DNA of 64,000 nucleotides from an uncultured Candidatus Binatia bacterium (lineage in GTDB: Bacteria > Desulfobacterota > Binatia > UBA9968 > JAJDTQ01). Shown here in pieces: positions 10,471 through 20,564 of this stretch. Both the position numbers and the translations under genes were made by a program. The stretch covers positions 3,200,001-3,264,000 of the forward strand of contig OZ251459.1 of assembly GCA_965242525.1 (NCBI GenBank), written 5' to 3'. How positions within the stretch are numbered: the first letter of the stretch is position 1; each line of letters starts with the position of its first letter. Below the pieces are notes generated by a model, which ran no database searches, was not told where the DNA came from, and worked only from the letters and a program-made list of their open reading frames with translations.

Positions 10471-11511
10471 TCAGGCCCGGCGCGCCGCCCGCACCCGGGG
10501 CATGACTTCCTCGGCCATGAGCCGTATGACGGACTCGACGCCGCCTCCGGGCGGGGCCAGGACCCAGACGCCGAAGCGCCGTATGCCCATGTCGGCGATG
10601 CGGCCGATCCTGGCGGCCACCTCATCGGGGGTCCCGGCCCAGGCGAAGGCGTCCACGAACTCCTCGGGGACCAGGGGGCCGGCCTCGAACATGAGCTCGT
10701 AATCGCGCCTGGCGATCAGGGTCTCCAGCTCGGACGGGACCTCCATGCCCAACTGCGTCACGAAGTCGCGGTTGGGGTAGCTGCTCCACAACAGGAAGGC
10801 GATCATCTGCCGGACGCCGGCCCGGGCCTTGTCCCGGTCCGGGTCCACGCACGTGTCCACGCGCGAGATGACCTCGATCTCCTCGGGGTCGCGGCCTGCC
10901 TGCCGCGCGCCCTGCCGGATGAAGTCCCAGGCCGTGGCCACGCCCTGCGGGGTGGCCATGGTGGCGATCATGGCGCCGTCCGCGATGCGCCCCGCCAGGC
11001 GGAACACCGCAGGCCCCCGGGTGGCGATCACCACCGGGATGGGGGTCCGGGCCGGGAACCCCAGCACGCCGCCCCGGACCCCCACGACCTCGCCTTCCAC
11101 GGTCGCGGGCTTGCCGGACCACATGGCGCGCATGACGGCGACGGCGTCCCGCATGGCGGCCACCGGGCGCTCCCGCCGGATACCCATGGCGGGAAAGCCG
11201 GATCCCCCGGCGCCCATGCCCACGATGACCCGGCCGGACGCGACCTCGTCCACCGTGGCCATGGCCGCGGCGGTGAGGGCGGGGTGGACGCTGTAGGGGT
11301 CCGTGACCGCGGCGCCGATGCCGATGCTGTGGGTGTGGACGGCGCTCAGGGTCATGTTCGCCACCATGTCGCGGCCGAACTTCTCGTTGGAATGCCAGAG
11401 GCGGTCGAACCCCAACGCTTCCGCGCTCTCGACGATGGCCACCCGCCGGGACAGGGGATAGGCCGCCACCGTCCTGGAGCTGAAGCCGAGGTCGAACTGG
11501 AGGTCGCTCAT
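10471..11511 (-). CDS. LLM-class (Mer-like) flavin/F420-dependent oxidoreductase
   Basis: AEALGFDRLW, GAAVTDPYSVHP, GRVIVGMGAG, AGRIADG, AGTPDEV. Confidence 0.88.
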   Translation of the reverse strand: MSDLQFDLGFSSRTVAAYPLSRRVAIVESAEALGFDRLWHSNEKFGRDMVANMTLSAVHTHSIGIGAAVTDPYSVHPALTAAAMATVDEVASGRVIVGMGAGGSGFPAMGIRRERPVAAMRDAVAVMRAMWSGKPATVEGEVVGVRGGVLGFPARTPIPVVIATRGPAVFRLAGRIADGAMIATMATPQGVATAWDFIRQGARQAGRDPEEIEVISRVDTCVDPDRDKARAGVRQMIAFLLWSSYPNRDFVTQLGMEVPSELETLIARRDYELMFEAGPLVPEEFVDAFAWAGTPDEVAARIGRIADMGIRRFGVWVLAPPGGGVESVIRLMAEEVMPRVRAARRA

Positions 11512-11647
11512 GTCGTTGGTCTCCGATGCCGAGCCGCGCGGTTACTCGGATTCTGACGGCTGCTGCTCGCATTCACGAACGCCAGATCGATGCCGGTTCT
11601 CCTTGGGAAAGCGCGTCCTTTGGATTCGCTTCGACCCTCTCTCTCTC

Positions 11648-11814
11648 GAAACCCCTGAACGATCGAGACATCCGGGATGGATTCCCCCACCCTGACACTC
11701 CTGTCCCCGTTCGTCCTGAGCGTAGCGCAGCGGAATCCCCCCATTCATCCTGAGCGTAGCGTAGCGGAGTCGAAGGACGCGCTCTTGCCTCTGTCCCGAT
11801 CGTTCAGAGGTTCC
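11648..11814. mobile_element. MITE-like unit: about 23-bp terminal inverted repeats enclosing a REP family B doublet
   Basis: GAAACCCCTGAACGATCGAGACA...TGTCCCGATCGTTCAGAGGTTCC; a related unit lies at 59196-59340. Confidence 0.7.
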
Positions 11815-11830
11815 TCTCATCGGTCGCTGG

Positions 11831-13105
11831 TCACCCGTTGCAGACTTCCGGACGTTGCTCGATGTATTCGAGCAGGGCCTCTGCGGCCCACTGGTGGCCG
11901 GCGGGGCTCCAGTGGTCATCGTGGGGCCATCGGGCGTCCGAGAGCGCGGCGCCCTGGCGGAGGATGTAGTCGGCCTGGTCGATGACGGGAATGTCCAGGG
12001 TTGCGGCCATTTCGCTCATTCGCTCGAACATGCGGGTTCCGCTGGTCTTCAGCGTGTGTGTCGCCAGGATGACCAGCTCGACGCCGTCGCGGTCGGCTCG
12101 CTGCCGGAACTGCTCCAGCGCGAAACGGGTGTATTGCAGGGCGTCCTCGAAAAGGGGCGGCAGGTCCCTTCGAGCGAACATTCGACGGAAGTCGGGCCGA
12201 CGGGTGGGCCGCCATCCTTCGAGCAGCGCAGCATAGCCGGGCTGCCGCCTCAGAGCCTCCACGTCCCCCATGTGCCAGGCTGCCCAAGGAAACAGGGCGT
12301 TCTTCTTGGCGCGCAACCAGCGGGCAAACCACGAATGGTGCGTCAGCTTCCTTGCGGCGCGGACGACCCACAACGATACCCGGTCCCGAGCAACGGATGG
12401 CAACGGATGGGGGAGGGACCATTCCAATTCCAACTTCCCGTCCGGGAGTCTTCTCACGACAGGCTCGAAACGGCGTTTCCGGCTCCCTGCCTGTAAATCC
12501 AGCGATCGCAGAACCGGCGCGTTGTTGATGAAATCGTTGTAAACGAAGACCAGCACGAGCAGTTTGGGATAGAGCCGCCGGGCATATTCGTCGTAGAACG
12601 GCAGTTGCTGGACTTGGCCGATATTCCCTATCCCGAAGGCCGAAGTCGTGACGTCCAGGTGGGGCAACCGGCCGGCGGCGAGTTCTTCGAGGCGGACATG
12701 GAGCTTGCGGTGGATGGGGACTTGCAGCGCCTCCACGAAAGAGTCGCCGATGATGGAGATATGGCAGGTTGCTGCGGCGTGTTCGGGAGTCGAGGGTTCA
12801 CGGTCGAGGAAGCCCAGGCTGTTGGTGCGGGAGACGTTCCAGAAGTCGAGTGCGTTGGTATGGCGTATCTCCGTGTTCGGCGGCCTGAGATAGCCTACGT
12901 TCGGGACGAATACGATGGGTTTGTACGTCGGCGCCAGGAACGGCATGGTCAGGCGGAACCAGGCTTCCCCGGCCAACGCCGCCAGCGCGACGCCCGCGAC
13001 CATGAGAAGCACGTTCCAGCCGATGAGTTGCAACGCCCGGCGGAACCGGCCGCGCCGGGGGGCGGGGGGAGAATAATCGATATCATCCATGGCGCGGGGT
13101 CGCAT
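11831..13105 (-). CDS. Membrane-anchored SGNH-hydrolase-like protein (paralog 1)
   Basis: N-terminal TM helix, IIGDSFVEA, YNDF, DDHWSPAGH; start at MRPRAM chosen by alignment with paralog 2. Confidence 0.75.
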   Translation of the reverse strand: MRPRAMDDIDYSPPAPRRGRFRRALQLIGWNVLLMVAGVALAALAGEAWFRLTMPFLAPTYKPIVFVPNVGYLRPPNTEIRHTNALDFWNVSRTNSLGFLDREPSTPEHAAATCHISIIGDSFVEALQVPIHRKLHVRLEELAAGRLPHLDVTTSAFGIGNIGQVQQLPFYDEYARRLYPKLLVLVFVYNDFINNAPVLRSLDLQAGSRKRRFEPVVRRLPDGKLELEWSLPHPLPSVARDRVSLWVVRAARKLTHHSWFARWLRAKKNALFPWAAWHMGDVEALRRQPGYAALLEGWRPTRRPDFRRMFARRDLPPLFEDALQYTRFALEQFRQRADRDGVELVILATHTLKTSGTRMFERMSEMAATLDIPVIDQADYILRQGAALSDARWPHDDHWSPAGHQWAAEALLEYIEQRPEVCNG

Positions 13106-13150
13106 GGGATGCCCGGTGAAGTTCCGGGAAGGGGCAGGGCTGAACGACCG

Positions 13151-13190
13151 TCCCCGTTCGTCCCGAGCGTAGCGAAGTCGAAGGACGCGC
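13151..13190 (+). repeat. REP family B copy (CCGTTCGTCCTGAGCGTAGCGAAGCGAAGTCGAAGGACGCG consensus)
   Basis: Matches the other copies in the window, with a shortened centre. Confidence 0.85.
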
Positions 13191-13253
13191 CTCGTCGAGA
13201 AAGCGACGAAGATACCACGGCGTCCCGCCGGCGCCAAGCCGCGCCGAGGGCGG

Positions 13254-14408
13254 TCACCCGTCGCAGACGTCCGGGTGTTGCTCGATGTATTCGAGCAGGG
13301 CCTCTGCGGTCCATTGGTGGCCGGCGGGGCTCCAGTGGTAGTCGTGGGGCCATTGGGCGTCCGAGAGGTCGGCGTCCTGGCGGAGGATGTAGTCGGCCTG
13401 GTCGATGACGGGAATATCGAGGGTTGCGGCTATTTCGCCCATTCGCTCGAACATGAGGGTTCCGTGGGACTTCATCGTGTGTGACGCCAGGATGACCAGC
13501 TTGGCGCCGTCCCGGTCGGCGCGTTGCTGGAACTGCTCCAGCGCGAAGCGGGTGTATTGCAGGGCGTCCCCGTAAAAGGGAGGCAGGTCCCTGTCTGCTC
13601 GAGGAAACAAGGCATTCTTCTTGGCTTGCAACCAGCGGGCAAACCACGAATAGTGCGTCGCCTTCCTTGCGGCGCGGACGACCCGCGGGGTCGGAGCAAC
13701 GGATGGCGACCGAGGCGGGAGGGACCATGCCAATTCCAACTTCCCGTCCGGGCGCCTTCTCACGATGGGGCCTCCAGGTTTCGGGATCCCTTCCGACCAT
13801 CTTCTCAGAAACGGCGAGTTGTTGATGAAATCGTTGTAAACGAAGACCAGCACGAGCAATTTGGGATGGAGCCGCCTGGCATATTCGTCGTAGAACGGCA
13901 GTTGCTGGACTTGGCCGGTACCACTCAACCCGAAGGCCGAAGTCGTGACGTCCAGGTGTGGCAACCTGCTGGCGGCGAGTTCTTCGAGTCGGACCTGGAG
14001 CTTGCGGTGGATGGGGACTTGCAGCGCCTCCACGAAGGAGTCGCCGATGATGGAGACGTGGCAGGTTGCTGCGGCGCGTTCGGGGCTCGGGGGTTCCCGG
14101 TCGAGGAAGCCCAGGCTGTTGGTGCGGGAGACGTTCCAGAAGTCGAGCCGGTTGGTATGGCGTATCTCCGTGTTCGGGGTCCTGACATAGCCTACGTTCG
14201 GAACGAATTCCATGGGTTTCCAGGTGGGCAACGGGAACGACATGGACGACATGGTCAGCCGGAAGTATGCCTCTCCCGCCAGCGCGACGCCCGCGACGAT
14301 GGCGACGGTGAGGAGTGTATTCCATCCGATGAGGCGAAGCGCACGGCGGAGCCGGCCGCCTGAGGGGAGGGAATCATGGTCAATGCAATCGATGGTATGG
14401 GGTCTCAC
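13254..14408 (-). CDS. Membrane-anchored SGNH-hydrolase-like protein (paralog 2)
   Basis: Same motifs (GDSFVEA, DYHWSPAGH); long near-identical stretches shared with paralog 1. Confidence 0.75.
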   Translation of the reverse strand: MRPHTIDCIDHDSLPSGGRLRRALRLIGWNTLLTVAIVAGVALAGEAYFRLTMSSMSFPLPTWKPMEFVPNVGYVRTPNTEIRHTNRLDFWNVSRTNSLGFLDREPPSPERAAATCHVSIIGDSFVEALQVPIHRKLQVRLEELAASRLPHLDVTTSAFGLSGTGQVQQLPFYDEYARRLHPKLLVLVFVYNDFINNSPFLRRWSEGIPKPGGPIVRRRPDGKLELAWSLPPRSPSVAPTPRVVRAARKATHYSWFARWLQAKKNALFPRADRDLPPFYGDALQYTRFALEQFQQRADRDGAKLVILASHTMKSHGTLMFERMGEIAATLDIPVIDQADYILRQDADLSDAQWPHDYHWSPAGHQWTAEALLEYIEQHPDVCDG

Positions 14409-14472
14409 GAGACGCCCCGCTGATAGCTCGTCGAGAAAACGATGAATATGCTGCCACAGCCTCCCGCCTGCC

Positions 14473-15456
14473 TCAAGCCGCGCCGAGGGTCGTGACCGCG
14501 GCGATGACGCCGGCCACGGTGACGCTGGAGAAGACGGTGGTCCAGAAGACCACGTCGCCGGTGAGCTCCGCGTCGCCGTCGAGCTCCAGTGTGAGGATGA
14601 GCGTGTTGACCGCGGTGGGCGCGGCCGCGCCGATGACGAGATGGGCCCCGGGCCACGGCCAGAGGCCGAAGGCCGCCACCGCCGCGGCCGTGGCCGCGGG
14701 CAGGACCAGGAGCTTCACCGCGGCGATGGGCGCCACCGCCCGCCACCGGCGCCAGCGCGCGCCCTTGGCGAGCTGGGCGCCCAGGGCGATGAGCATCATG
14801 GGCACCAGCGCCGCGCTCAGGGAGCGCAGCGGGAAGCCCGCCCACGCGGGCAGGTAGTCCGCGCCCCCGAACGCGCGCAGGCGCGTCTCCCGCAGGACGA
14901 AAGCCGCGGCCAGCGCATACGGCATGGGGAGCCTGAAGATCCCCAGGGCGTCCCGGGCCCGGCCACCCTTGGCCAAAGCCAGCACCACGTACCCCAGGCA
15001 CCAGATCAGCAGGTTGCTGAGCATCACCACCAGGGCCTGGACCTGCAACCCGGCCTGCGCATCGGGTTGCCCTGCGAACCGGGCGCCGCCTTCGACGTAG
15101 AGCAGGTGGGCCACCGGGATGCCGAAGTTCCCGGCGTTGAACACGAGCCCGCCGAGGATGGCGGCGGCCACGGTCTCGCTGGGCGCCCCCGCGGCGCGCA
15201 GGCCGCCGAACAGCAGCAGGCCCAGGACCCCCAGGGGGACCATGACCACCAGGGCGATGCGCCCGATCTCGTCCCAGGGGATGTCGCTGTCGTAGATCTG
15301 GACGAGCAGGAACGACGGCACCAGCAGCCACATGGCGACCCGGCCCAGGGTCTCCACGCTCAGGGGCCGGCAAAGCTGCATCAGGGCGCCGATGCCGACC
15401 ATCAGCAGCAGGGGCAGGACGATCTCGTGGAAGATGTGGCCGGTGTGTTGCAGCAT
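14473..15456 (-). CDS. AEC (auxin efflux carrier) family transporter
   Basis: FNAGNFGIPV, PMMLIALGAQL, AAPTAVN, VFWTTVFS. Confidence 0.88.
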   Translation of the reverse strand: MLQHTGHIFHEIVLPLLLMVGIGALMQLCRPLSVETLGRVAMWLLVPSFLLVQIYDSDIPWDEIGRIALVVMVPLGVLGLLLFGGLRAAGAPSETVAAAILGGLVFNAGNFGIPVAHLLYVEGGARFAGQPDAQAGLQVQALVVMLSNLLIWCLGYVVLALAKGGRARDALGIFRLPMPYALAAAFVLRETRLRAFGGADYLPAWAGFPLRSLSAALVPMMLIALGAQLAKGARWRRWRAVAPIAAVKLLVLPAATAAAVAAFGLWPWPGAHLVIGAAAPTAVNTLILTLELDGDAELTGDVVFWTTVFSSVTVAGVIAAVTTLGAA

Positions 15457-15700
15457 GGGTGCAGGTGACGGTCCGATTTCCCCTCCCCCCTTCGAGGGCG
15501 AGGGTCGGGGCGGAGGCTCGTCGGTTCAACCGGATGGATGGGGACCGGCGCCGACGGACGAACAGGTTGGTCTGGCGTCCGTCCGTGCGGAGTCCCGCTG
15601 TGGACGGTCGGTGCGGACAGGCGGAACGGAACCTGCCCCTCGAACGAACGGGACCTCCGCTCGAAGGGCAGGCGCTACGGGACCCTGGACTGCCCGGCGG

Positions 15701-16189
15701 TCACCCCGCGGACTCGGCGAAGAACTTCCCGGGCATCTCGATGGGGGTAAGGGTCTTGTTCTCCGCCGAGTCGGACAGCAGCGGAGCGCCGTCGGGGCGG
15801 ATGCGCATGTCCTCGCCCCCCTGCGGCCGGGCGTTGATGCCGCACCCGATGCGCAGCACCACGAGGTTGCCGTCGCCGGTGTTGAGGTAACGATAGAAGG
15901 CGCCCTTGGGGATCATGACGCCCTGGTACTTCTCCAGCGTCATCTCGTCGCCCTTCTCGTCGAACACCGACATGCGGCCTTCCAGCACCACGAACGAATG
16001 GTCCTCGTCCAGGTGGCAGTGGACCGCGTTCTCGCCCCCCTCGGAATTGATCTTGGTGTGGATCCACATGTTGTCGGTCTGGGCCACGAGCTGCGTGACC
16101 CGGCCCTGCTGCATGTAGGGGGTCTTCAACGAATACCGGTAGGCCTTGGGGCGTTCCCGGACCTCCTGCTTCTCTGCCACTGCTTCCAT
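15701..16189 (-). CDS. Cupin domain protein
   Basis: GGENAVHCHLDEDHSFVVLEG...IPKGAFY; GGAG RBS before MEAVAE. Confidence 0.85.
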   Translation of the reverse strand: MEAVAEKQEVRERPKAYRYSLKTPYMQQGRVTQLVAQTDNMWIHTKINSEGGENAVHCHLDEDHSFVVLEGRMSVFDEKGDEMTLEKYQGVMIPKGAFYRYLNTGDGNLVVLRIGCGINARPQGGEDMRIRPDGAPLLSDSAENKTLTPIEMPGKFFAESAG

Positions 16190-16263
16190 GGTGGACTCCT
16201 TTCCGAGCTTTGCCTGCTTTCGGGCGCCGGCTCCCCAACGGGCCGGTTCCGGCGCCGGTCTCG

Positions 16264-17352
16264 TCATGCGTTGATGCCCGCCAGCTTTAGGTCGTAGAGC
16301 CGCAGGACGTTCTCGCGCACCACCTTGCGGAAGACGTCCGCGGACAGGTGGCCGAGCTCGTCGGCGATGACCTGGCGGGAGTGCGGCCAGGTGGACGCCG
16401 CATGGGGGTAGTCGTTGGACCACATGCACGTATCGCCGCCCCACCAGTCCAGCAGCCGGCCTCCGGTGGGGTCGCTGAAGAACGTGGCGTAGAACTGCTC
16501 GTTGCAGTACTCGCTGGGGAGCTTCTTCATGTGCGGCAGCGGCGCCTTCTGTGCGTGGCGCTTGAAGTACTTGTCCCATTCGTGGAGGTAGAACGGGATC
16601 CACGAGATCTCGTTCTCCACGTACACGAACTTGAGGTCCGGGTAGTTGGACATGGGGCCGCCGAAGACCAGCTCGAACAGCGTGTTGGCTGCGTCCGCCA
16701 GCTTCTGGTTGACGGTCATGCGGTACACGTCCAGGCCGTGCCGCTCGAAGCGGCTGTAGTTGAACCCGGTCAGGATGTGGAGGTTGACGGGCATCCGGAG
16801 AGCCTGGGCCGCTTCCCAGAAACGGTTGTAGTGGTCGCTGGTGAAGGGCAGGTGCGGCGGCGGGACCTGCCAGATCAGGCAGCCCACGAGCCCCGCCTTC
16901 TTGCAGCGCTCCAGCTCCCGGATGGCGTTGTCGATGTTGTAGAGCGAGATCATCGGCACGCCCACCAGCTTGTGGGGATGGACCTTGCAGTACTCGATGA
17001 GCCAGTCGTTGGCGATCTCGAAGCAGGCCTCCTGGAGCTCCGCGTCCTCCAGGGCGAACAGACGGAGGCCCAGGGTCGGGTAGAGCACCTCCGCGGACAC
17101 GCCGTCCACCGCCATCTCCCGGACCCGCGCCTTGGGGTCCCAGCCCCCGGGCTTCTCGCCCACCGCGTTCCGGGGCGGAAACTCGGGGTAGCGGCCCTTG
17201 AAACCGGCGGGCAGGTTGTTGGTCCACAGGTCGGTGGGCTCCATGACGTGGGAGTCCGCGGACACGATGATCTCGTTGGCTACGGCGTTCTCGGTAGTTG
17301 GCATGCTCACGCTCACGGTCGTTCCTCCTCCGGTTTCTCCGGTCTCGTTCAT
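16264..17352 (-). CDS. Amidohydrolase_2 family protein
   Basis: SADSHVMEP, EVLYPT, PVNLH, MWSNDYPH. Confidence 0.9.
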   Translation of the reverse strand: MNETGETGGGTTVSVSMPTTENAVANEIIVSADSHVMEPTDLWTNNLPAGFKGRYPEFPPRNAVGEKPGGWDPKARVREMAVDGVSAEVLYPTLGLRLFALEDAELQEACFEIANDWLIEYCKVHPHKLVGVPMISLYNIDNAIRELERCKKAGLVGCLIWQVPPPHLPFTSDHYNRFWEAAQALRMPVNLHILTGFNYSRFERHGLDVYRMTVNQKLADAANTLFELVFGGPMSNYPDLKFVYVENEISWIPFYLHEWDKYFKRHAQKAPLPHMKKLPSEYCNEQFYATFFSDPTGGRLLDWWGGDTCMWSNDYPHAASTWPHSRQVIADELGHLSADVFRKVVRENVLRLYDLKLAGINA

Positions 17353-17517
17353 GGGCTCGCCACTCCTTATGCGCGTTTTTCGCCGCTTTGTCCACCGCTG
17401 CGCCGCGCGGGCGGCGCACTGCCGCCATGCGCTCGCGGGTCCGTTGTGTTATGAGGACGGCTGCAACGCGGGACGCAGGTGGACGCGCCCGCGGAAAACC
17501 CCCTTCGGAGGCGACTC

Positions 17518-18477
17518 ATGACGACCATGATTACGGGCGCGGGACTGGTCGGGTCCCAGGTGGCGCGCATCATCGCGCAGCAGGGCGAGAAGCCGGTCCT
17601 GTTCGACATCGCTCCCAACCTCACCGCGCTGGCCGACGTGGTGGAGCCGGACAGGGTGGCCCTGTTCCGGGGAGACCTGCTGAACCCGTTCGACCTCGGC
17701 CGGGTGATCCGGGAGCACGGCGTCACGCGCGTGGTCCATACGGCCGCCTACCCCAACCTCGGCGCCGGCGCCCAGGAGAACCCCTACGGCGCCATCCAGG
17801 TGAACGTCATGGGCACCGCCAACGTTCTGGAAGCGGCCCGGCTCCACGGCGTGGAGCGGGTGGTGATGATCAGCACCGCGGCGGTGGCCCGGGGCGTGGC
17901 CGGCGGCGAGGACGACGGCGACCGCAGCAAGGAAGAGGCGCTGCCCCGGCCCAGCTCCTTCTACTCCGCCACCAAGCAGGCGGGCGAGAACCTGGGGTTC
18001 AACTACGCGCGGTCCCACGGCGTGGACTTCCGCGCGGTGCGTTTCCCCAACGTGTGCGGGCCGTGGATCCCGGGGGGCGGCGGGCGGCCCAGCGCCATGT
18101 TCCGGACCCTGGTGGAGCGGTCGGTGGACGGCGTCGAGCACAGCATTCCGCCGGGCGTCATGGAGTGGCTCTACTCCAAGGACGCGGCCCGGGGCGTGGT
18201 CATGACGCTCCAGGCCGAGGGCGTCCGGAGCCGCGTGTTCAACATCGGCATCGGCCGACCCTACACCGCCCGGGAACTCATCGACGTGTTCAGGCAGGTG
18301 GTCCCCGGCGCCAGGCTCGGCGTGGACGAGGGCGCGGCCACGTCCCAGACCTCCTCGGTCTTCCTGGACCTCACCCGCGCCCGCACCGAGCTGGGTTACG
18401 AAGCCGAATACGACCTGCCCGCCGCAGTCGCCGACTACGTGGCCTGGTACCGCCGCCTCAAGGCGAAAGCGGGTTGA
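17518..18477 (+). CDS. NAD-dependent epimerase/dehydratase (extended SDR)
   Basis: ITGAGLVG, HTAA, YSATK catalytic motif. Confidence 0.88.
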   Translation: MTTMITGAGLVGSQVARIIAQQGEKPVLFDIAPNLTALADVVEPDRVALFRGDLLNPFDLGRVIREHGVTRVVHTAAYPNLGAGAQENPYGAIQVNVMGTANVLEAARLHGVERVVMISTAAVARGVAGGEDDGDRSKEEALPRPSSFYSATKQAGENLGFNYARSHGVDFRAVRFPNVCGPWIPGGGGRPSAMFRTLVERSVDGVEHSIPPGVMEWLYSKDAARGVVMTLQAEGVRSRVFNIGIGRPYTARELIDVFRQVVPGARLGVDEGAATSQTSSVFLDLTRARTELGYEAEYDLPAAVADYVAWYRRLKAKAG

Positions 18478-18529
18478 GCAAGCGCCACGCGGTGTTGCCG
18501 GACGCGGAGATCGACTCGATACCGTTCCG

Positions 18530-18726
18530 CGGACAGATGGACTAGGTCCAGCAACGCTTTCTCGGGGGCCGCCACGAACGCCTGCTGGCCTTCACCCGGA
18601 TCCAGCTCGTGTCCAGCGCGAAAGCTGGCGCTGGATGTGGGCTGGGTCGCCCGGCCCGGCCAACAGCAACCCCGTTTCGAACACCGGCTCGTCAGCGACG
18701 ATGGACACCAGATCCTGGAATTTCAT
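18530..18726 (-). pseudogene. Internally deleted AbiEi-type (type IV TA) antitoxin remnant
   Basis: Manual translation: MKFQDLVSIVADEPVFETGLLLAGPGDPAHIQRQLSRWTRAG joined almost directly, out of frame, to EGQQAFVAAPEKALLDLVHL. Confidence 0.7.
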
Positions 18727-18763
18727 AGCGTTAACCTGCTAAAAATGGCTGGTTAACGCTATG
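18724..18763. promoter_or_regulatory. Perfect 13-bp inverted repeat overlapping the AbiEi remnant start (putative autoregulatory operator)
   Basis: CATAGCGTTAACC-N14-GGTTAACGCTATG. Confidence 0.55.
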
Positions 18764-19001
18764 TTCTATCACAGAGGGAGGCAGCCGAAAAATCGGCTTT
18801 CCTGCAAAATTGCCTGCTCACGGACGTTGCGCGAGCCGATAGACCCGCGCCGCGGTACATGGCGTCGCATTCCACCGCCACGCTCGACACGATGCGGTGG
18901 CCGCCGCCCGCGTCGCGCCTGAAGTCGGCCGACAGGTCCGTCCGTGCTCGCGCAGGTCCGCCCGGTTGCCTTGATCGACCCCCCTCCCCCATGAGCGTCG
19001 G

Positions 19002-20276
19002 TCAGGACGGGACGGCGCTGACGGGCAGGGACTTCAGGCCGCGCAGCACGATGTTGTCACGGAACACGGGGCGCTCGGTGAGCAGACGCATGGACGAAAA
19101 CCGTTCCAGCAGTGTTTCGAGCACGATCCGGCCTTCCAGTCGCGCGAGGGGCGCCCCGAGGCAGTAGTGGACGCCGAGACCGAACGAGAGATGGCCGCGG
19201 GTCTCGCGGCCGACGTCGAGTCGGTCCGGGGCCTCGAACTTCTCCGGGTCGCGGTTGGCGGAGCCCATCAGCAGGGTGAGATTCTGGCCCCGGCGCAACG
19301 GAAAGCCGTTCACCTCGCAGTCCTGCCGCACCCCGCGAAAGTCCGTCTGCACCGGCGAGTCGTAACGCAGCAACTCCTCTACTGCGGCGGGGACCATGTC
19401 CGGGTCGGAGCGCAGCCGCTCCAGTTGATCCGGGTGGCGCAGCAGCGCCAGCACGCCGTTGCCGATGAGGTTGGTGGTGGTCTCGTTGCCGGCCGCCAGG
19501 AGCAGGTGCAGCATGGTGAGCATCTCGCGCTCGGAGAGCGTGTCCCCCTGGTCTTCCGCCTGCGCCAGAGCGCTGATGATGTCGTCTCGCGGCTCGGCGC
19601 GGCGGGCCTGGATGATGGGCAGGAAATAGTCGTCCAGGGCCTTGGCGGCGTCCTTGGCGAGGTCGTTGTCCGCGGGGCTGATGATGGGTTCCAGCAGGCG
19701 GGCGCGCCGGTTGGACCAGGTCCGGAACCGGGCGCGGTCCTCCGGCGGCACCCCCAGCATCTCGGCAATGACGATCACGGGCAACGGATTGGCCACCGCA
19801 TCCATGAGGTCGAACCCTGCCGCGGGGTCGTCCACATCGTCCAGCAACGAGTTCAGGAGTCCGCGCACGTGCGGCTCCAGTGCGTTGACGGCCCGTTGGG
19901 TGAACGCCTGGTTCACCAGGCCCCGAAGCCGCGTGTGGTCCGGCGGGTCCAGCACCAGCATGCCGAAGTCGTCCGGGGAGGGCAGGACCATGCCTTGCCA
20001 GGACTGCCAGGCCGAAAATTCGAGGATGCGCGGGTCGCTGGAGAAGTTCTGGTAGTCGCGCAGGATGGCGTCCACGTCGGCATGGCGCGCGAACACCCAC
20101 GAGTGGGTCAACCGGCTGCGATGGATCGGAGCCTGCCGCCGCAGCTTCGCATACTCGGGGTAGGGGTCCTGGAACATCCGCTCCGACAGCGGGTTGTAAG
20201 CCACCCCGCTCTGCCAGCGCTCCCGCATGAGCACGGCGTTGATCACCAGGGATCGGAATGCCTGTCCGAGGGTCAT
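19002..20276 (-). CDS. Cytochrome P450
   Basis: DPPDHTRLR, AAGNETT, EELLR, FGLGVHYCLG. Confidence 0.95.
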   Translation of the reverse strand: MTLGQAFRSLVINAVLMRERWQSGVAYNPLSERMFQDPYPEYAKLRRQAPIHRSRLTHSWVFARHADVDAILRDYQNFSSDPRILEFSAWQSWQGMVLPSPDDFGMLVLDPPDHTRLRGLVNQAFTQRAVNALEPHVRGLLNSLLDDVDDPAAGFDLMDAVANPLPVIVIAEMLGVPPEDRARFRTWSNRRARLLEPIISPADNDLAKDAAKALDDYFLPIIQARRAEPRDDIISALAQAEDQGDTLSEREMLTMLHLLLAAGNETTTNLIGNGVLALLRHPDQLERLRSDPDMVPAAVEELLRYDSPVQTDFRGVRQDCEVNGFPLRRGQNLTLLMGSANRDPEKFEAPDRLDVGRETRGHLSFGLGVHYCLGAPLARLEGRIVLETLLERFSSMRLLTERPVFRDNIVLRGLKSLPVSAVPS

Positions 20277-20564
20277 GGTCGTCTCCTGCCCCTCAACGTG
20301 GTCGGTTCCGAACCGGACCCCCTCCCGGAGGCGCCGATGGGACGGAAGCAGTCCCTGATACTCTCACAGGCCGGTCTTCACGGTCAAGGTCGGCGGCGCA
20401 AGATCGGTTGTCCCACGTGGTGGTATGAATCGATCGTCGAACGGGCCGGTTTGGCCCGCGGGTGACGGGTCGATGGGGCTTCTCCCGTCAGGCTCGGAGG
20501 GCAACGGTGACGCGGAGTTGTGGGGGCATGTCGGTCCGTCCGGCTCGGGGTCGTCCCGGGCCGG

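Noticed and set aside
15480-15520. CCCTCCCCCCTTCGAGGGCGAGGG hairpin, possibly a fourth REP family
   Set aside because: A single degenerate instance; a repeat family cannot be established from this window
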